A stretch of DNA of 64,000 nucleotides, taken from positions 15,934,001 to 15,998,000 of the forward strand of contig CM022665.1 of the NCBI GenBank assembly GCA_012295275.1, given 5' to 3'. This document shows, piece after piece, positions 31,145 to 45,344 of the stretch. The notes beneath the pieces are model-generated. The model had not been told where the DNA came from and did no database searches. It was given only the letters and a program-made list of their open reading frames with translations. The stretch is from Chrysomallon squamiferum (lineage: Eukaryota; Animalia; Mollusca). The position numbers were made by a program, and so were the translations under genes. Each line of letters starts with the position of its first letter. The first letter of the stretch is position 1.

Positions 31145-32005
31145 CTATCTATTATATCTCTCTCTGTCACACACACATACACACACAAACAAAACACACA
31201 CACACACACACAATTTGAACACAGACAAAACAATATTTCGAGCAGAACGCTATAAACGACACGTTGTCAGATCACCTCAGTTTAAAGTTACATGTATCTC
31301 AGCATATGGTGGTTGCTGTGAAACTGTTAAGAAAACTAACATGACAGATAAGTCTAGACCCACTAATCACGGATTAACAGGTGAAATCTGTCGTGAAAAC
31401 AACCAGGTTACCCCAGGTGAGGCGAAGTTCACGTTATATAACACTAAAACGAAAGCTGAAAGTCATGTGACCAGAAAATTGACCTGGGTGCGGAGTTAGC
31501 AAAAGTTTCAGGGTTCGATTCTGGTCGCTGGATTTTGCTGTTGATTTTTAAAATTTATTATTATTATTATTGTTGTTGTTGTTGTTATTATTTAATTTTT
31601 TTACTACTACTACTGCTATTACTCCACCTCCTCTTCATCCTACAAATACAACTACAGCTGCTGCTGCTGCTACTGCTACTACTGTTACTACTACTATTAC
31701 TAATACTACTTTACTATTACTACTACCACTACTGCTCTTAAAACTATCAAAACTACCAAAAATTGTTGCTGTTATAAATACTAAATTTAAGGATTGGAAT
31801 TTCTTCTTTTCTCGGACTTTTGTTTACTTTAAATATATAAATCATAATTTGATTATTAAATTGTGTTGAACCTCGATTCAGTATAGCAATAACAACACCA
31901 ACAACAACAACAACAATAAAAATGGTGATGATTCCCTTAATAATAATAATAATAATAATAACAACAACAACAACAACAATAACAAAATGAAGACCAAGTT
32001 ATAAT

Positions 32006-32042
<37 letters not shown>

Positions 32043-33413
32043 GTGTGTGTGTGTACAATTTCAGTTAATATTAACGTTCCAGTTTTTCATGACAATAAAT
32101 TTTGAAATGTTTATAAAAAGTTTGAACGCAAGAAGAGGATAAGTAAACAAAACTAAATAAAAGATGATACCTCATAATAAATACAGTAGATAATGTGAAT
32201 AGAACTGTTTGTTTTATAAATAAATAACAATGTTCAATGACCGAGAAAATTATGAACCGCGCAACAGAATTATCGGGTTATTTTTTTTTTTTTTTTTTTT
32301 GTTTTTTTTTATATCCTAATAAAATTAAAATTAAAATAAATAAATAAATAAAATAAAATAAAATTATATAAAATAAAAATTTTCATTGACACATTTATTT
32401 AAACTCCATAGCTTAAACGAAGATATTAATTAATAAATAATTAAGAACACATTTTCATTCAACACAAACGTATTGTTACTTTGAACTATATGAGTGAATT
32501 ATCGAATAAAATAAATAGGTAATATTTAACTATCAATATTTTATATATAAGAAAAATAAAACTTATTTATATAAAAAATCATTGTATCATTCTTAGAGAA
32601 AGGAGGAAATTTACTGTGAAATTCGGAAATTAAATATATATTTAAAATAAATAAGGTTATTTAATAAATAAAATAAAATGAATAAAAAACAGAAACAAAA
32701 AGATAATAATAATAATAAATAAACAAATAAGTCAAACGAAATGAAATAAAGTAAAAAGAAAATAATAGGATAAAATTAATAAAATATTCAAAAAGAAATA
32801 TAAATAGGATATGAATAAAATAAAATTAGAATATTTTTGGTTAAATATGATATAATATAATATAATTTAATATAATATAATATAATATAATATAATATAA
32901 TATAATATAATATAATATAATATAATAATATATAATATAATGTAATGTAATATATTAAAATATAATATAACATAATGTGCTGTATATGTGTGTGTGTCTG
33001 TGTGTATATATATAAAATATGAATAAGTAAGAAAATTAAAATAAAGTAATAAAAAAAGGCAAAAATTGTAAATAAATAAATTTATGAAACAAAAATTAAA
33101 AAAAAACAAAAAACGCTGAAATAAAATAAAAGATAAATAAGAAAAAAATAATAAGAAATAAAAAAGAACAATAAAACAAACGTTAATTCTGTAAACGTAA
33201 ACAAATAACATAAATAAATATAAAAAATAGAATCATTAATTTTAGCCAATGATGAGAAATAAAAAAAAGAAAGAATAAAAATAAGAAAATAAAGCAAGAA
33301 ACAGAAATAAAATAAAAATAAAACAAAATTCATTCAGTAGATTATGGTAATTTTTGTAAAGTACTAAATGAAATGTTTTATTTTTCGCTTATATTTATTT
33401 TACTGTTAATGTC

Positions 33414-33458
<45 letters not shown>

Positions 33459-34778
33459 TTTTATTATTATTATTTTTAATATATTTGTTTAGATCTTTCA
33501 GTTTGAATTCAGTTAAGTTATATAATAAATATTTAACACACGCATATTCATTTATACATTTAGATAAACAGAAATAGACTTTGAATACACAAAACGTAAA
33601 TACAACGAAAAACCCACAAACCTGCACTTCAACTACAGCATACTTACAACAACAAAAAAATAAATACAAAAAAAAATAAAATAAAATAAATAAAATAGAT
33701 AAATAAAAATAAATAAATAGAAAAAAAAAAAAAAAAATGGAGCACCTGACAAAAAAACAACAAACATACCACACGAACATACAAACACATAGATAAAACA
33801 TAAAGATATCGTAAGAAATCACACTACACATACAAACACATGTACACAAAACACATAAAGATATCAGACGCAAACACACCACACATTCAAACACATGTAC
33901 ACAAAACACAAACACAAATCAGAAGCACATACAAAGACACACACCACAATATATTTTTTAAAAAAAGGAACAAAAAAATATTCACATACATTTCTACAAC
34001 ACTTGTTGTGCGAACAAAAGCGACAAATGTCGAAACACACGCCCGGGGATATTTGATTGCTCTCCGTGCTATTAAAAACCGTGATTTTTCAAATTAAAGG
34101 GCAAACTGGTGATGCGTAATCTTTTTCAATAAAATCCTATGTACGTCACTTTGTTTCCCTTCGATATCTATTCCCTAATCCATTTCTTTACAGAAGGAAA
34201 AATAGAATTCATGAAAATAAAAGAAAAAAAAAAAAAAAGTTATGAAGAAGAGATTTTTTCATCTTTACAGCAAAGTCATTATTGTTTGGGCTATCCGTTC
34301 TTTAAGTGTTGCGGCAAATGATAGGGTCCTTCCAAGTCAGTCATAACTCAAAGGTGGGCGGGTCTTTTCCCCGTGCCCTCCTTTGCGGAGTAACCGCGCT
34401 TCTTTAGAAAATAATAAATTTACCCTGGGGACCATATTCTCTTATAAAATGATGTTTTATATTCATATTGTTCAGGTACTTTAATTTTTAAGACGATTCT
34501 TTTCAAAGGCACAAATAAAAGTTGCGAGTTTTTAAATTGTATTCGTATATAATTTTTTTTTTTAATTTATTTATTTATTTATTTATTTTATAGTATATTT
34601 ATTTTTTTTTGAATTTTTTTTTGTTTTAAAGACAAATTGAAAATTTAAAAAAAAAATCTTATTTTCTTTTTCTGTTTTTTTTTCATTCTTTCTTTTCCTT
34701 TCTCTCTTTCGTTCTGTCTCTCGTTTATTTCGTTAATTTTAATTTTTTTCTTGAAGCAAATATTCATTTATATTCTTT

Positions 34779-34822
<44 letters not shown>

Positions 34823-35398
34823 TTTAACTTTCTGTAACTTCAATTCAAATTAAACACATATATAAAGTACGTGTAATACAAAATAACACAAATAATTAAT
34901 ACAAATTCCTGTTTGCAGACACGGGTGCCACACTCTCGGGTGGCAAAGCAAAAAGTCATAGAATGTTTACATCGGAAAATATACCCGTTTTTGCCTCGGG
35001 GGTAAGGTACTCCTTTTTCAATTCAGCGAGCTCTGACATTCATTCTTCGGGCTTGAAACTTGTCAAGTAGATTCCGTTTGAGCTGTCCCATTGTGTCTCA
35101 GGTTCTTGTGGAAACACACACTTTGAATAGTGCCTGGATTCACTGATCAGTGCATTCTTACATTCTGACATGTTGAATTTATTAGTATTGTATATTCGTC
35201 GTTGGCAGTAATAAGCTATCAATATTTGACTAGAAGAAAAAGATTTTTCAATTACGCACGTGTTTAAAGGGGTCACGAGTTTACATCGCTTTATGGGTAA
35301 TGCAATATGGGTGTATCATCTTTTTTTTTCGGGAGGTGGGCAGGGCAAAGAATTCTGGGCGGGATTTTAATATCCTTATTTTATTACCTGGGGTTGTG

Positions 35399-35442
<44 letters not shown>

Positions 35443-35997
35443 TTTATTTTTTATTTTGTTATGTTGAGTATTATGGTCTGGTTGCAGTTATTTAGTAAGA
35501 AAATAAAATATATATGCGTGTTTGTGTGTGTGTGTCTGAGCGCATGCGTGTGTGCATCTGTCTATATGTATGACTTTTTTTTTTTAGTGTCTCTATGGTT
35601 ATTTTTATTTTATTTATTCAGTTCTGTTTTACTGTGGTGTAATTTATTCAATTTTTTTATTATTATTATCTTTATTTATTGCATACATACATACATACAT
35701 ATATAACATGTATAACATACATACATACATACATACATACATACATTTATATATATTGCTGTGATGCGATACTATTATTTTAATTCTTGATTATTTTTCA
35801 CGAATTTCAACTTAATTAAGGAAAAAAGAAAAAGCGTTTTTAAACATGTATTTTAATTTTTCTTTAAAAGTTATATTTCTGTCTGTCTGTCTGGCATATA
35901 TCTATATATCTATCTATCTACCTGTCTATCTATCTGTTATATATCTATCTGTCAATTTATCTCTCTATCTCTCTATCTATCTATTTGTTATAATATC

Positions 35998-36204
35998 TGT
36001 CTATCTAAATATACAAATGTAGTATGACATTATATTAATGGGCAATAATTTATCATTGATCTACTATTATTTAGAAGCAATCAGTCAATGTGTCACAGTC
36101 AGTCAATCAATCATTCAATCTATCTATCTATTTATCTGTCTGTCTGTCTATCTGCCTAACTAAGTGTCTATCTATCTATCTGTCTGTCTATCTATCTATC
36201 TGTA

Positions 36205-36246
<42 letters not shown>

Positions 36247-36299
36247 TCTAAATATACAAATTAATGGGCAATCATTTGTCATTGATCTACTATTATTTA
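35998..36299. repeat. Local direct duplication (~60-75 bp, two copies)
   Basis: ctatctaaatatacaaat...taatgggcaat(a/c)attt(a/g)tcattgatctactattattta occurs at ~36001 and ~36244. Confidence 0.75.
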
Positions 36300-37648
36300 C
36301 AGTACATATTGTGACTGCGTGTTGCATGTGAAATGTTGTTATTATAGTTAGTTACAATTACACCATAACATACGAAAAGAAAGAAAGAATATATATATAA
36401 TAACAACAACACTAACAATAATAATAAATATAATAATAATAATAATAATGTTAGCTTAAATATTACAATAATAATGATGCTAATATATATATATATTACA
36501 GTAATAATAGTGATGATGTTAATGTTGATATTACAATAATTATGATAATAATGTTTATAATTTTTAAAGAAACCACAGCCCGATTAAGAACTATCGAATT
36601 AACTTGAAAAGAGGGGAGTATTTTCCATCAGCAAATTACCCTGATAATGGCCCGCATTGAACAAATGATGTCCTACGCGAGACGCGATCTCAGTCGCTCT
36701 TTGTTCTATTCAGCTAGGTGGTATGTGGAGTCAATTTTACGGCTCTTACTTTGTTCCCATTGCCCGCCGTGTAACAAAACGATCCGCCCTTTTATACCGA
36801 GGAAAAGCAGAGTTCTAAAGAGAAAAAATGTAAAATCTTGAACGCTGAATGTTCTTCAGCGAGAACGATTGACTTGTCAATTCGGCTATCTTTTGTACAT
36901 CGCTTCTCTCCGATTGTTAACTTTGTGTATTCGATTATTCCCCGACTGAGAGCACACGGAGATGCTTGGACTTCTAAAATAAGCAGGCAAAGAGAGTTCC
37001 CTTCAGGATCCGCCAAGCGAGAAATTGTTCTGACGATTCGCTGAAAAGATCTCTGGGGTGGCGAGAACGTGTATCTGTTGTGTACGTCACACCTCGCTGC
37101 GTTTCAATGTAAGAGATGACTTTGTTCGTATGAAACATTTGACGCCAAGTTACAGGACAGAAGAACCATGAAGAGACAGACAGAGATAGAAAAGAAACAA
37201 CAACAACCAAAAAAAAAAAAAAAAGCTCTATAATATCGCGAAGAGACCACACCGCGTGTAGATCCAGGCGTATTATAATTTTTTTTATTATTATTATTAT
37301 TTTTATTTTTTTTTTTTTTTTTTTTTTTTGAAAAACAATTATGGGTTTATTTTGTTTGTGACGAAGCCTTGAAAAAGATTTTTTTTTTTTTTTTTTGAAA
37401 AATGGTTTGTAGTTAAATGTATAAAAAGAAATTATGTCAAGTTGAAACAGAATTCAATCAAGATATCATTGTGTTTGGAAGTGATAAGGCGGAGGAACAA
37501 GTTGCTTTTAGAGTAAAAACACGTCTAAAGACTCCCTTGGGATCATTTATTACATACTATTACACACAATACTTATTATGAATGACTGCAGTAAAATACT
37601 TTTTCTATTTCTTTTCGTCGTAATAGTCTATGGGACGATAGTTAAAAA

Positions 37649-37712
<64 letters not shown>

Positions 37713-37831
37713 GAAATACACGAGATATCTTTTTATTTCTCTGTTTCTCTCTCGTGCATGAATTTAATAATAAAACATCTTTAAATAATGTTGAAACTGA
37801 CAACGTTTTAAATTGTACTTGATTTAACTTA

Positions 37832-37873
<42 letters not shown>

Positions 37874-38216
37874 CAAATACTTTATATCTGAAAGGTGTGT
37901 ATTTACCTCTTTGAATTCACCCAGGGAACACATATATTATTTATATCAAAGATACAAACATATTAACTGAAAGGAGGGGAGATATACGTGATCTTAAAGG
38001 AACACATAATTGAAATAATATACTGTGTTTCATTCAATTGTAAATACATTGTACATATTGCATGACTGTACTTCTTTGCTTATGAGTCATTTATGCATTA
38101 TTATTCTAATGATAAAAACCTAATTATGATACAGTGATATTATAAAAACACTTATAAAAAATTAATTCTGTATCATTACTATATCAAATAAATGAATGAA
38201 TGAATGAATGAATGAA

Positions 38217-38251
<35 letters not shown>

Positions 38252-38619
38252 AAAAAAAAAAAAAAAACAGCATAGACACCTATTTACTTATTTATTTCTT
38301 AAACAAAATTGTATTTATTTATTTATGTATTTATTTATTTACTTACCTATCTACTTACTTATTATTGGAATTAAATTTATTTTATTTATTTCATTTCATT
38401 TTACTTCATTTTATATTATATTATTTTTGCTCCATAATTATGAAATTTAATAGAATACCAAGGAACAGGATGTATAATTTGTTAATATCCACCTTAGATT
38501 TACCTAATAAACGTCTAATAAAAAATAATATTTTAAAAAGAACTTACTTCTAATAGAATTATGAAAGACTGTAAATAAAACAGTGATGTATATTTATAAA
38601 TAAATAAATAAATAAATAA

Positions 38620-38666
<47 letters not shown>

Positions 38667-41101
38667 AATAATGATGATGATCATATTGACAACAACGATA
38701 TCAATAAAAATAGTACTGCTACTACTACTACTACTAATAATAATAACAGCATCAGTAGCAACAACAACAATAATAATAATAATACTTTTTTTGTATCCAT
38801 GCAACGTTCTAGACGCTATTTCAACTCTTCTCTTTTATTTGTTGACTAAAAACAAAAGCTCGAACTCGAATACTTCGCACATAGATTAACATTTACACAT
38901 TTAATTGTCAACAGAAAGCTAAGCCCCCTAAAGGGGCCAAGTTTTCTTTCGGCTAAACTGCCACTGTGTTGTTTTCTAACATCAAGGGGCTAGGCCTAGG
39001 TCAAACAGTTACATCCTCTGGACTCGAGACGTCGTGAGGGGGTGGGGGAAAGACACGCGCTTTTTCGGAGAAAGAGTCATTGTTTTACGAGACACTACGG
39101 ATATCTTGTGATCCCGTTAATAAAATTTTGTAAGGAAACTTAATCGTTTGATAAAGAGTTGTGATATTTTATTCTTGCGTTCGGGTGATTTCTTCAGCAT
39201 GTTAAAAATGGTGTTAAATTGGTAAAATTATTCTAAGAATTTTTTTTTTTTTTTTTTTTTTCTAAATTAGTTTCTCTTTTCTTTTCGCTTTTTCAGTATT
39301 TTTTTTCGACACATTTTTCTTCATCCCTTTTACTGGCGTCTTTCAATCAGTTTTATTTTTACTTTTCTTTTTGGGGTGTTTTGAAAATGTTCGGAAGAAT
39401 CAACAGGGAAATAATATGTGTCAGTATGGAGATCAAACTTCGTGAGGAAAAAAGGGAATAAAGGTACATGAAATAGGATACGCAGAATATTAGGAAATAC
39501 ACATGGCTGATAGAATAAATAAATAAGTAAATAAATAAATAAATAAATAGGCAAATAAAATAAGAAAACAAAATGGACCAATGTTATTGCAGATACAGGT
39601 GCTTTTACGTCGTAAATGATAAATATTTATATCTTAACCCTGAGACTAAACTGTAACCATTAAGAAATATTATTATAGAACATAATAACAACAACAATGC
39701 AACAACGACAGCAACAACAACAACAACAACAACAACAATAATAATAGCAATAGCAATAATAATAATAATAGCAATAACAATAATGATGATAATAACAACA
39801 GCTACAACAACAACAACAGTAATAATAATAAACAAATTATTACTCATGAAATAAAATAGGTAAATAAATAAAATGAATTAAAATAAATTGCTTTTTATTT
39901 CAGATAAATAAATAAATAAATTAGTTAATTAAAATTTCAATTAAGAAAACTAGTTACATTTTAAATATGCTTAATTATTATATCCATCTCTTATTATATC
40001 TTCGACTAGATGGTTTCAAAATGAAATGTAGTTTTACGTATAATTATAGATTTTAAAATATTTATTTACCTTTAATTTAGCGGTCAGTTTAAATAACACT
40101 TTCAACGCCTTTTTAAAAATAATTATTTAATTAAGATTTTTTTATGTTTTTGTTTTAGTACTGAATGTATTAAATAATATGGATCTTTTAAATTAGATTT
40201 TCTTAAGGCTTTCATTAATATGCACAATAAAAAGCCAGTATTTTAAGAAATGTAATATCATACAGTTCTTATAGCGAAAAACAAATTCTAAATTAAATTA
40301 TATATAATATGCATTTTGTTTATAAATTCACCTGGTGTATTTTAAAAGTTCATAGTATGTGGTGATTTCAAATACGACTATAGAAAAAAGAAAAGAATGG
40401 ATGAAAGAAAAGACCCCAGTATTGTACAGTTTTCAAAAAAAAATAAAAAAAAAAAAAAAAAAAATTAAATTAAATTAAATTTAAAAAAATGAGCTTAAGC
40501 ATTGGGCCAAAGGAATATAATGATAATAATGATGTTTATGATGATGATGAATATGATGATAAGTTGAAGAAGAAGAGGAAGCAGTACTAGCAGTAATAAT
40601 AACAAAAAGAACAAGAACAATACGAAAAAGAAGTACAAAAAATTAAAAGAAGTGAAAGAAAAAATGCATTTAACTCTGAAATTCCGGAGAAATTCCTTAC
40701 ATGTAAAATAGTTCGTTCCTGGCATATCACACCAATCAGTTTGGCCAGCTCATTACTGAATTCTTGCGCGACCGCAGAACTCCTCACATTATCTTGAAAT
40801 ACCTCCGAGGAGACTTTGTGACCGACTGATCACGGGGCGGCGTTCCGCTAATTCCCTAGCCACAACAGAAGCTTTGTGTTAATACGTGGGAATCAGTGAA
40901 AGTAAGACCAGTCGACAATTACAAGCACATATTGAGCCATACCACCGCGGTCTTCAAAGCTCAACTTATTAGCAAGATGACCCTCCAGAAAGAAAAACAT
41001 GTTTTCTGAAGCTATCGAGAGAATTCCACAGATGAACAAACCCACCTGATAGAAATTTGAATAACTGATTGAGACAGGAGTAAGGCGAGAGGAAGGGACG
41101 T

Positions 41102-41185
<84 letters not shown>

Positions 41186-42947
41186 TGAAGCGAAATTTCC
41201 CCCATAAATCATCAAAATATCATTTAGTTCTTTTTATCATCATCATCATCGTCGTCGTCGTCATCATCATCGTCATTACTTAATATAATAATAATAATAA
41301 TATAGTAGTAGTAGTAGAAGTGGTAGTAGCAGTAGTAGCAGAAGTTGTAATAGTAGTAATAAAAATATTTATTTATTATCAGTGTCTTTTTCAAAAAGGA
41401 AGTAATAGTAGGGTGGTGGTAGTGGTTGTAGTAGTAGTAGTAGTAGTAGTATCAGTCTCAGTCTGTGTCTTTTTTTTTCTTCTAAAAATATTTATTTTTA
41501 TTAATTTATTTCTGGTTTATAATCAATGATTTCAAATCTACAAAACAAACTCTTTATCTTTAACGCAATTTGACAACTGAACAAACAATACATTAATTTC
41601 ACACGAAACCAAATTGATCAAACAATATGAAAAAAAAAGAAAGAAAGAAAAAAAAAAAAAAAAAAAAGAAGAACAAAAAAAGAAAGGAAAAAAAAAAAGA
41701 AAAATAATAAGTGATGAAAATCCCTGTTATCGCTTATTATAATAACAAGCGTCTCTTTAAAATGATTTTTAATTCAATAAGCAACGTTAAAGTGGGAAGA
41801 TCATTATGTTGTTTCAATGACGAGAAAGAAGCGATTTTTCCAGTCATTTTGAAACAAACACAAAAATAATGTCAGCTTTGACGTGCTTTGGCTGTCGATT
41901 TCCGGCGCGCGAGGCTCCTCGTAAAGAGTTCGATATGAAAAAAAAACGATGAGCCTGTTTGATACTTTTTGTCGGAAATCGACGCATGAAAAGGCTTGCA
42001 AAGCCGCCGTCGTCTTCCATTTCAGCCTGTGTCAATTTGGTCCAATCAATTTCCACAGTCCGGCGTCACTTTCTATGGCTGCTATCGATGGTCGCCTATA
42101 GTTGACTTTATGGCAATGAAAATTCGATACGTGAATTACGGTTTGCCAAGCGTGAAATTGCTGCATGCGATGTGACAAATTTGAACGTGGTGTTTAAACA
42201 CGAGTGCTCGGTGTTGTATTGTGAAAACGCTATTTCCTCTGCATTTAGCGAAATCACGAGATTACACGAAAATGCAATAACTTATTGTCACGTTGTTTAG
42301 GCCTCTTTTAGCGACAGAATTAAGTGAGATGACACTGCATGGTGGTTAGACCGCTTCGGTTTTTACCGTGTATTTGTTCTGTGAAATTAGCGCCCGAGGC
42401 GGCTCGTCCTGGCGTTATCGACTGACAAGTGATTGTTACCTGTGTCTCAGAACTTGTTGTTTTCGGTGATAATTTATTGCTTTTTGTTCACGAGTGTCAT
42501 CAATTTATTTATAACACTGTTGCTGTTAACACTAGGACTTCAGTAAATTTATTACCATTAGTGATGCTACTAACATTACTAATAAATACAGTCAGCTCAG
42601 GTGCGATTATCACTACCACTACCACTATAGTACTACCGTCACTGCTACTAGTACTACCGTCACTGCTACTGCTAGAACCACCACCATAACTACTAGTATA
42701 AGCACCACCACTATTACTAATAGTACCACCTTCTACACTACTACTACTACTAGAATTACCACCGCTACTACTACTACAAGCACCACCACTACTACTAATA
42801 GTATCACATTCTACACTACTACTACACTACTAGAATTACCACCCTACTACTACTAGCACCACCTTCAGCACTACTACTACTGCTGCTGCTGCTGCTACTA
42901 CTACTACTACTACTACTACTACCAATACTATCACTGTTACTGTAATA

Positions 42948-43379
42948 CAGGTACCGAACCATTTATCCGGCAAACTTGGGACTGGAGATGCTCCGGATTT
43001 CTGGATACAGTCTAAATACATACATCTTTTTTAATCCATCAAAAATCTTAAGTTACCTGTAGAATATGATCTATAATAAATAGGATGAAAATTAAACGAA
43101 GAAAAAAAAAGAACATAACTGTATTTAAACGATATCTGTACAAATTAATACACTTCTTAAAACACTTAAATTTCTTACAAATACATGTATAATATATCAA
43201 ATAAAAATTAAATAAATAAAAATAAAAAACATAATTTAATTTGACGGGTATAATGACTTCTGGGAGAGATTTACCTCTGCACAGCAGCAGTCTCACTTAA
43301 ACCGTTCAAAGTGTACGTCACGGAAACGACTAATGCAGCAAGTGGCGACTTAAAGCGTGACTAATTTAAAAGTAGTCAC

Positions 43380-43419
<40 letters not shown>

Positions 43420-43496
43420 AAGTAATAATAATAAATAATTGCTGGTTTTCTGGATTTTCCGCATTTCCGGATGCCGGATAAATGGTTGGGTACCTG
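42948..43496. mobile_element. Tc1/mariner-superfamily (pogo/Tigger-like) MITE, 549 bp
   Basis: 25-bp TIRs caggtacc(g/c)aaccatttatccggca (24/25 identical), TA target duplication at both ends, no transposase. Confidence 0.88.
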
Positions 43497-43825
43497 TAGT
43501 TAAGGTTCACTGTGTTTGTGGAAGTCACTTAAAGTAACACCAGGGAGGGTGAAACAACAACTACATTCAAAACTACCCGTTCTTTTCAAATCCACTTTAT
43601 TAATACGCAGTTACGTTTTATTTTTCCAGTTTTAAAATGTTCAAGCTAGTCTATTAATTATTTTAAATTTTTTTAAAATGTAATTCATTTATTTTTACCG
43701 CCATTTTAACATGTCCACCATTATGTTTACATTTATTTTGATATGGGGTTTATGTCCATATCCTTTTATATTTTACTTTATTAGTACCCTTGAACTTACT
43801 TAGGAAAAGGTGTTATATAAATATG

Positions 43826-43885
<60 letters not shown>

Positions 43886-43899
43886 CGATAATAATAATA

Positions 43900-43930
<31 letters not shown>

Positions 43931-44454
43931 CAACAACAACAATAATAATTACTATTAACACTACTGTTGTTGTTATTATTATCATTGCTATGCTTACTAG
44001 AGCTGCTGCTGTTGCATATTAGTGTCCATTATCATAGTCGCCGTTGTTGCCATTAGAACCATAATTAAAACATTCATTTTATTTATTTTCGTGTTGTTGT
44101 TTTTTTGTCTGTTAGTTTGTACCATTTTTCCATTTCTATTATTATTATTTTTTTACTTAATTTATTTAACTTCTTTTTAATAATTTTTTTTTTTTTTGTC
44201 ATCATGTGAAAACACTCATAGCACCAGCACTGTTGCTCTTACGAAGAGGTGAAACAACAACAAAAAATTATAATAATGAAAATAAAATAAAACAAAACAA
44301 AATAAAATAAAATAAAATAAAATAAGTAACTAAGTAGGTAAATAAATAAATAAAATAAAAAATAAAATTGAAAACAATCACGAAAAGATCTTTTTGTATT
44401 GAAACTCAAACAAATAAACAACTAAGAAAAAAATATAATAATAATAATAACCCC

Positions 44455-44506
<52 letters not shown>

Positions 44507-45141
44507 TATTTATTTGTAAACCTTCAAGCAAGTGGATTATAAAAATAATGATCTTATCCGTGACAGACCACAAAATCAGCCATTCTCTGGACGTCTTTTC
44601 GATTATTTTACATTATCGAAAGGCAAATAATATTCAGTTAGCTGTACGTCTGTCGTGAGCGGAAACAAGACTACAGAAATAGTGTTGAGACGTCCCTGTG
44701 ATTTCAATAGATAAGTTGAATTATGAAAATAAATAAATAAATAAATAGCATTCTTCTATGAATGCCGCCCTGTTCTTTCTTTCAATCTCTATCGCTCTCT
44801 CTCTCAAAAGGGGGGGGGGGAAAAAGAGAGAGAGAGTCTGAGAAAAAAAAAAAAAAAAAAGGAAGAAAAATGGACTAAGGGCGACAACTCTAAACCATCT
44901 GGATCACACTTCAGGGAAAGAAATTACAACACAACAAGAAACAGTGAGTCTTTTATTGATGCTATTTATATCCGTGTCACAACAGAACATGTTCCAGAGA
45001 ATGAATTATTAATAGTTTAAACATAACATAAGAAAATTATTATGTTATCTTCTATCGACATCCTTCGTCATTGCTCTGTGTGGTTTTCTGTATTAGCACT
45101 TAAAATACAAGTACTAAAATTAATTTTTCAACTGCCTTCTC

Positions 45142-45182
<41 letters not shown>

Positions 45183-45344
45183 TATATTATTTTCATTTCT
45201 TATTATAATAATAATAATAATTATTATTATTATTATTGTTATCTTATTTTCATTTCTTATTTATAATTATTCCTTTAAAAATCCAGTTAAAGGGAGGCAA
45301 CTCTCTATTATTAAATTATGATGATGATGATGATGATAATAATA

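Noticed and set aside
30948-31499. 183-aa ORF
   Set aside because: The first half is microsatellite and the remainder shows no recognisable domain or exon structure.
31490-31535. tRNA gene or SINE head (gggttcgattc B-box-like; similar ttcaaatcc at ~26830)
   Set aside because: No cloverleaf or convincing A-box could be built; at most these are decayed SINE fragments.
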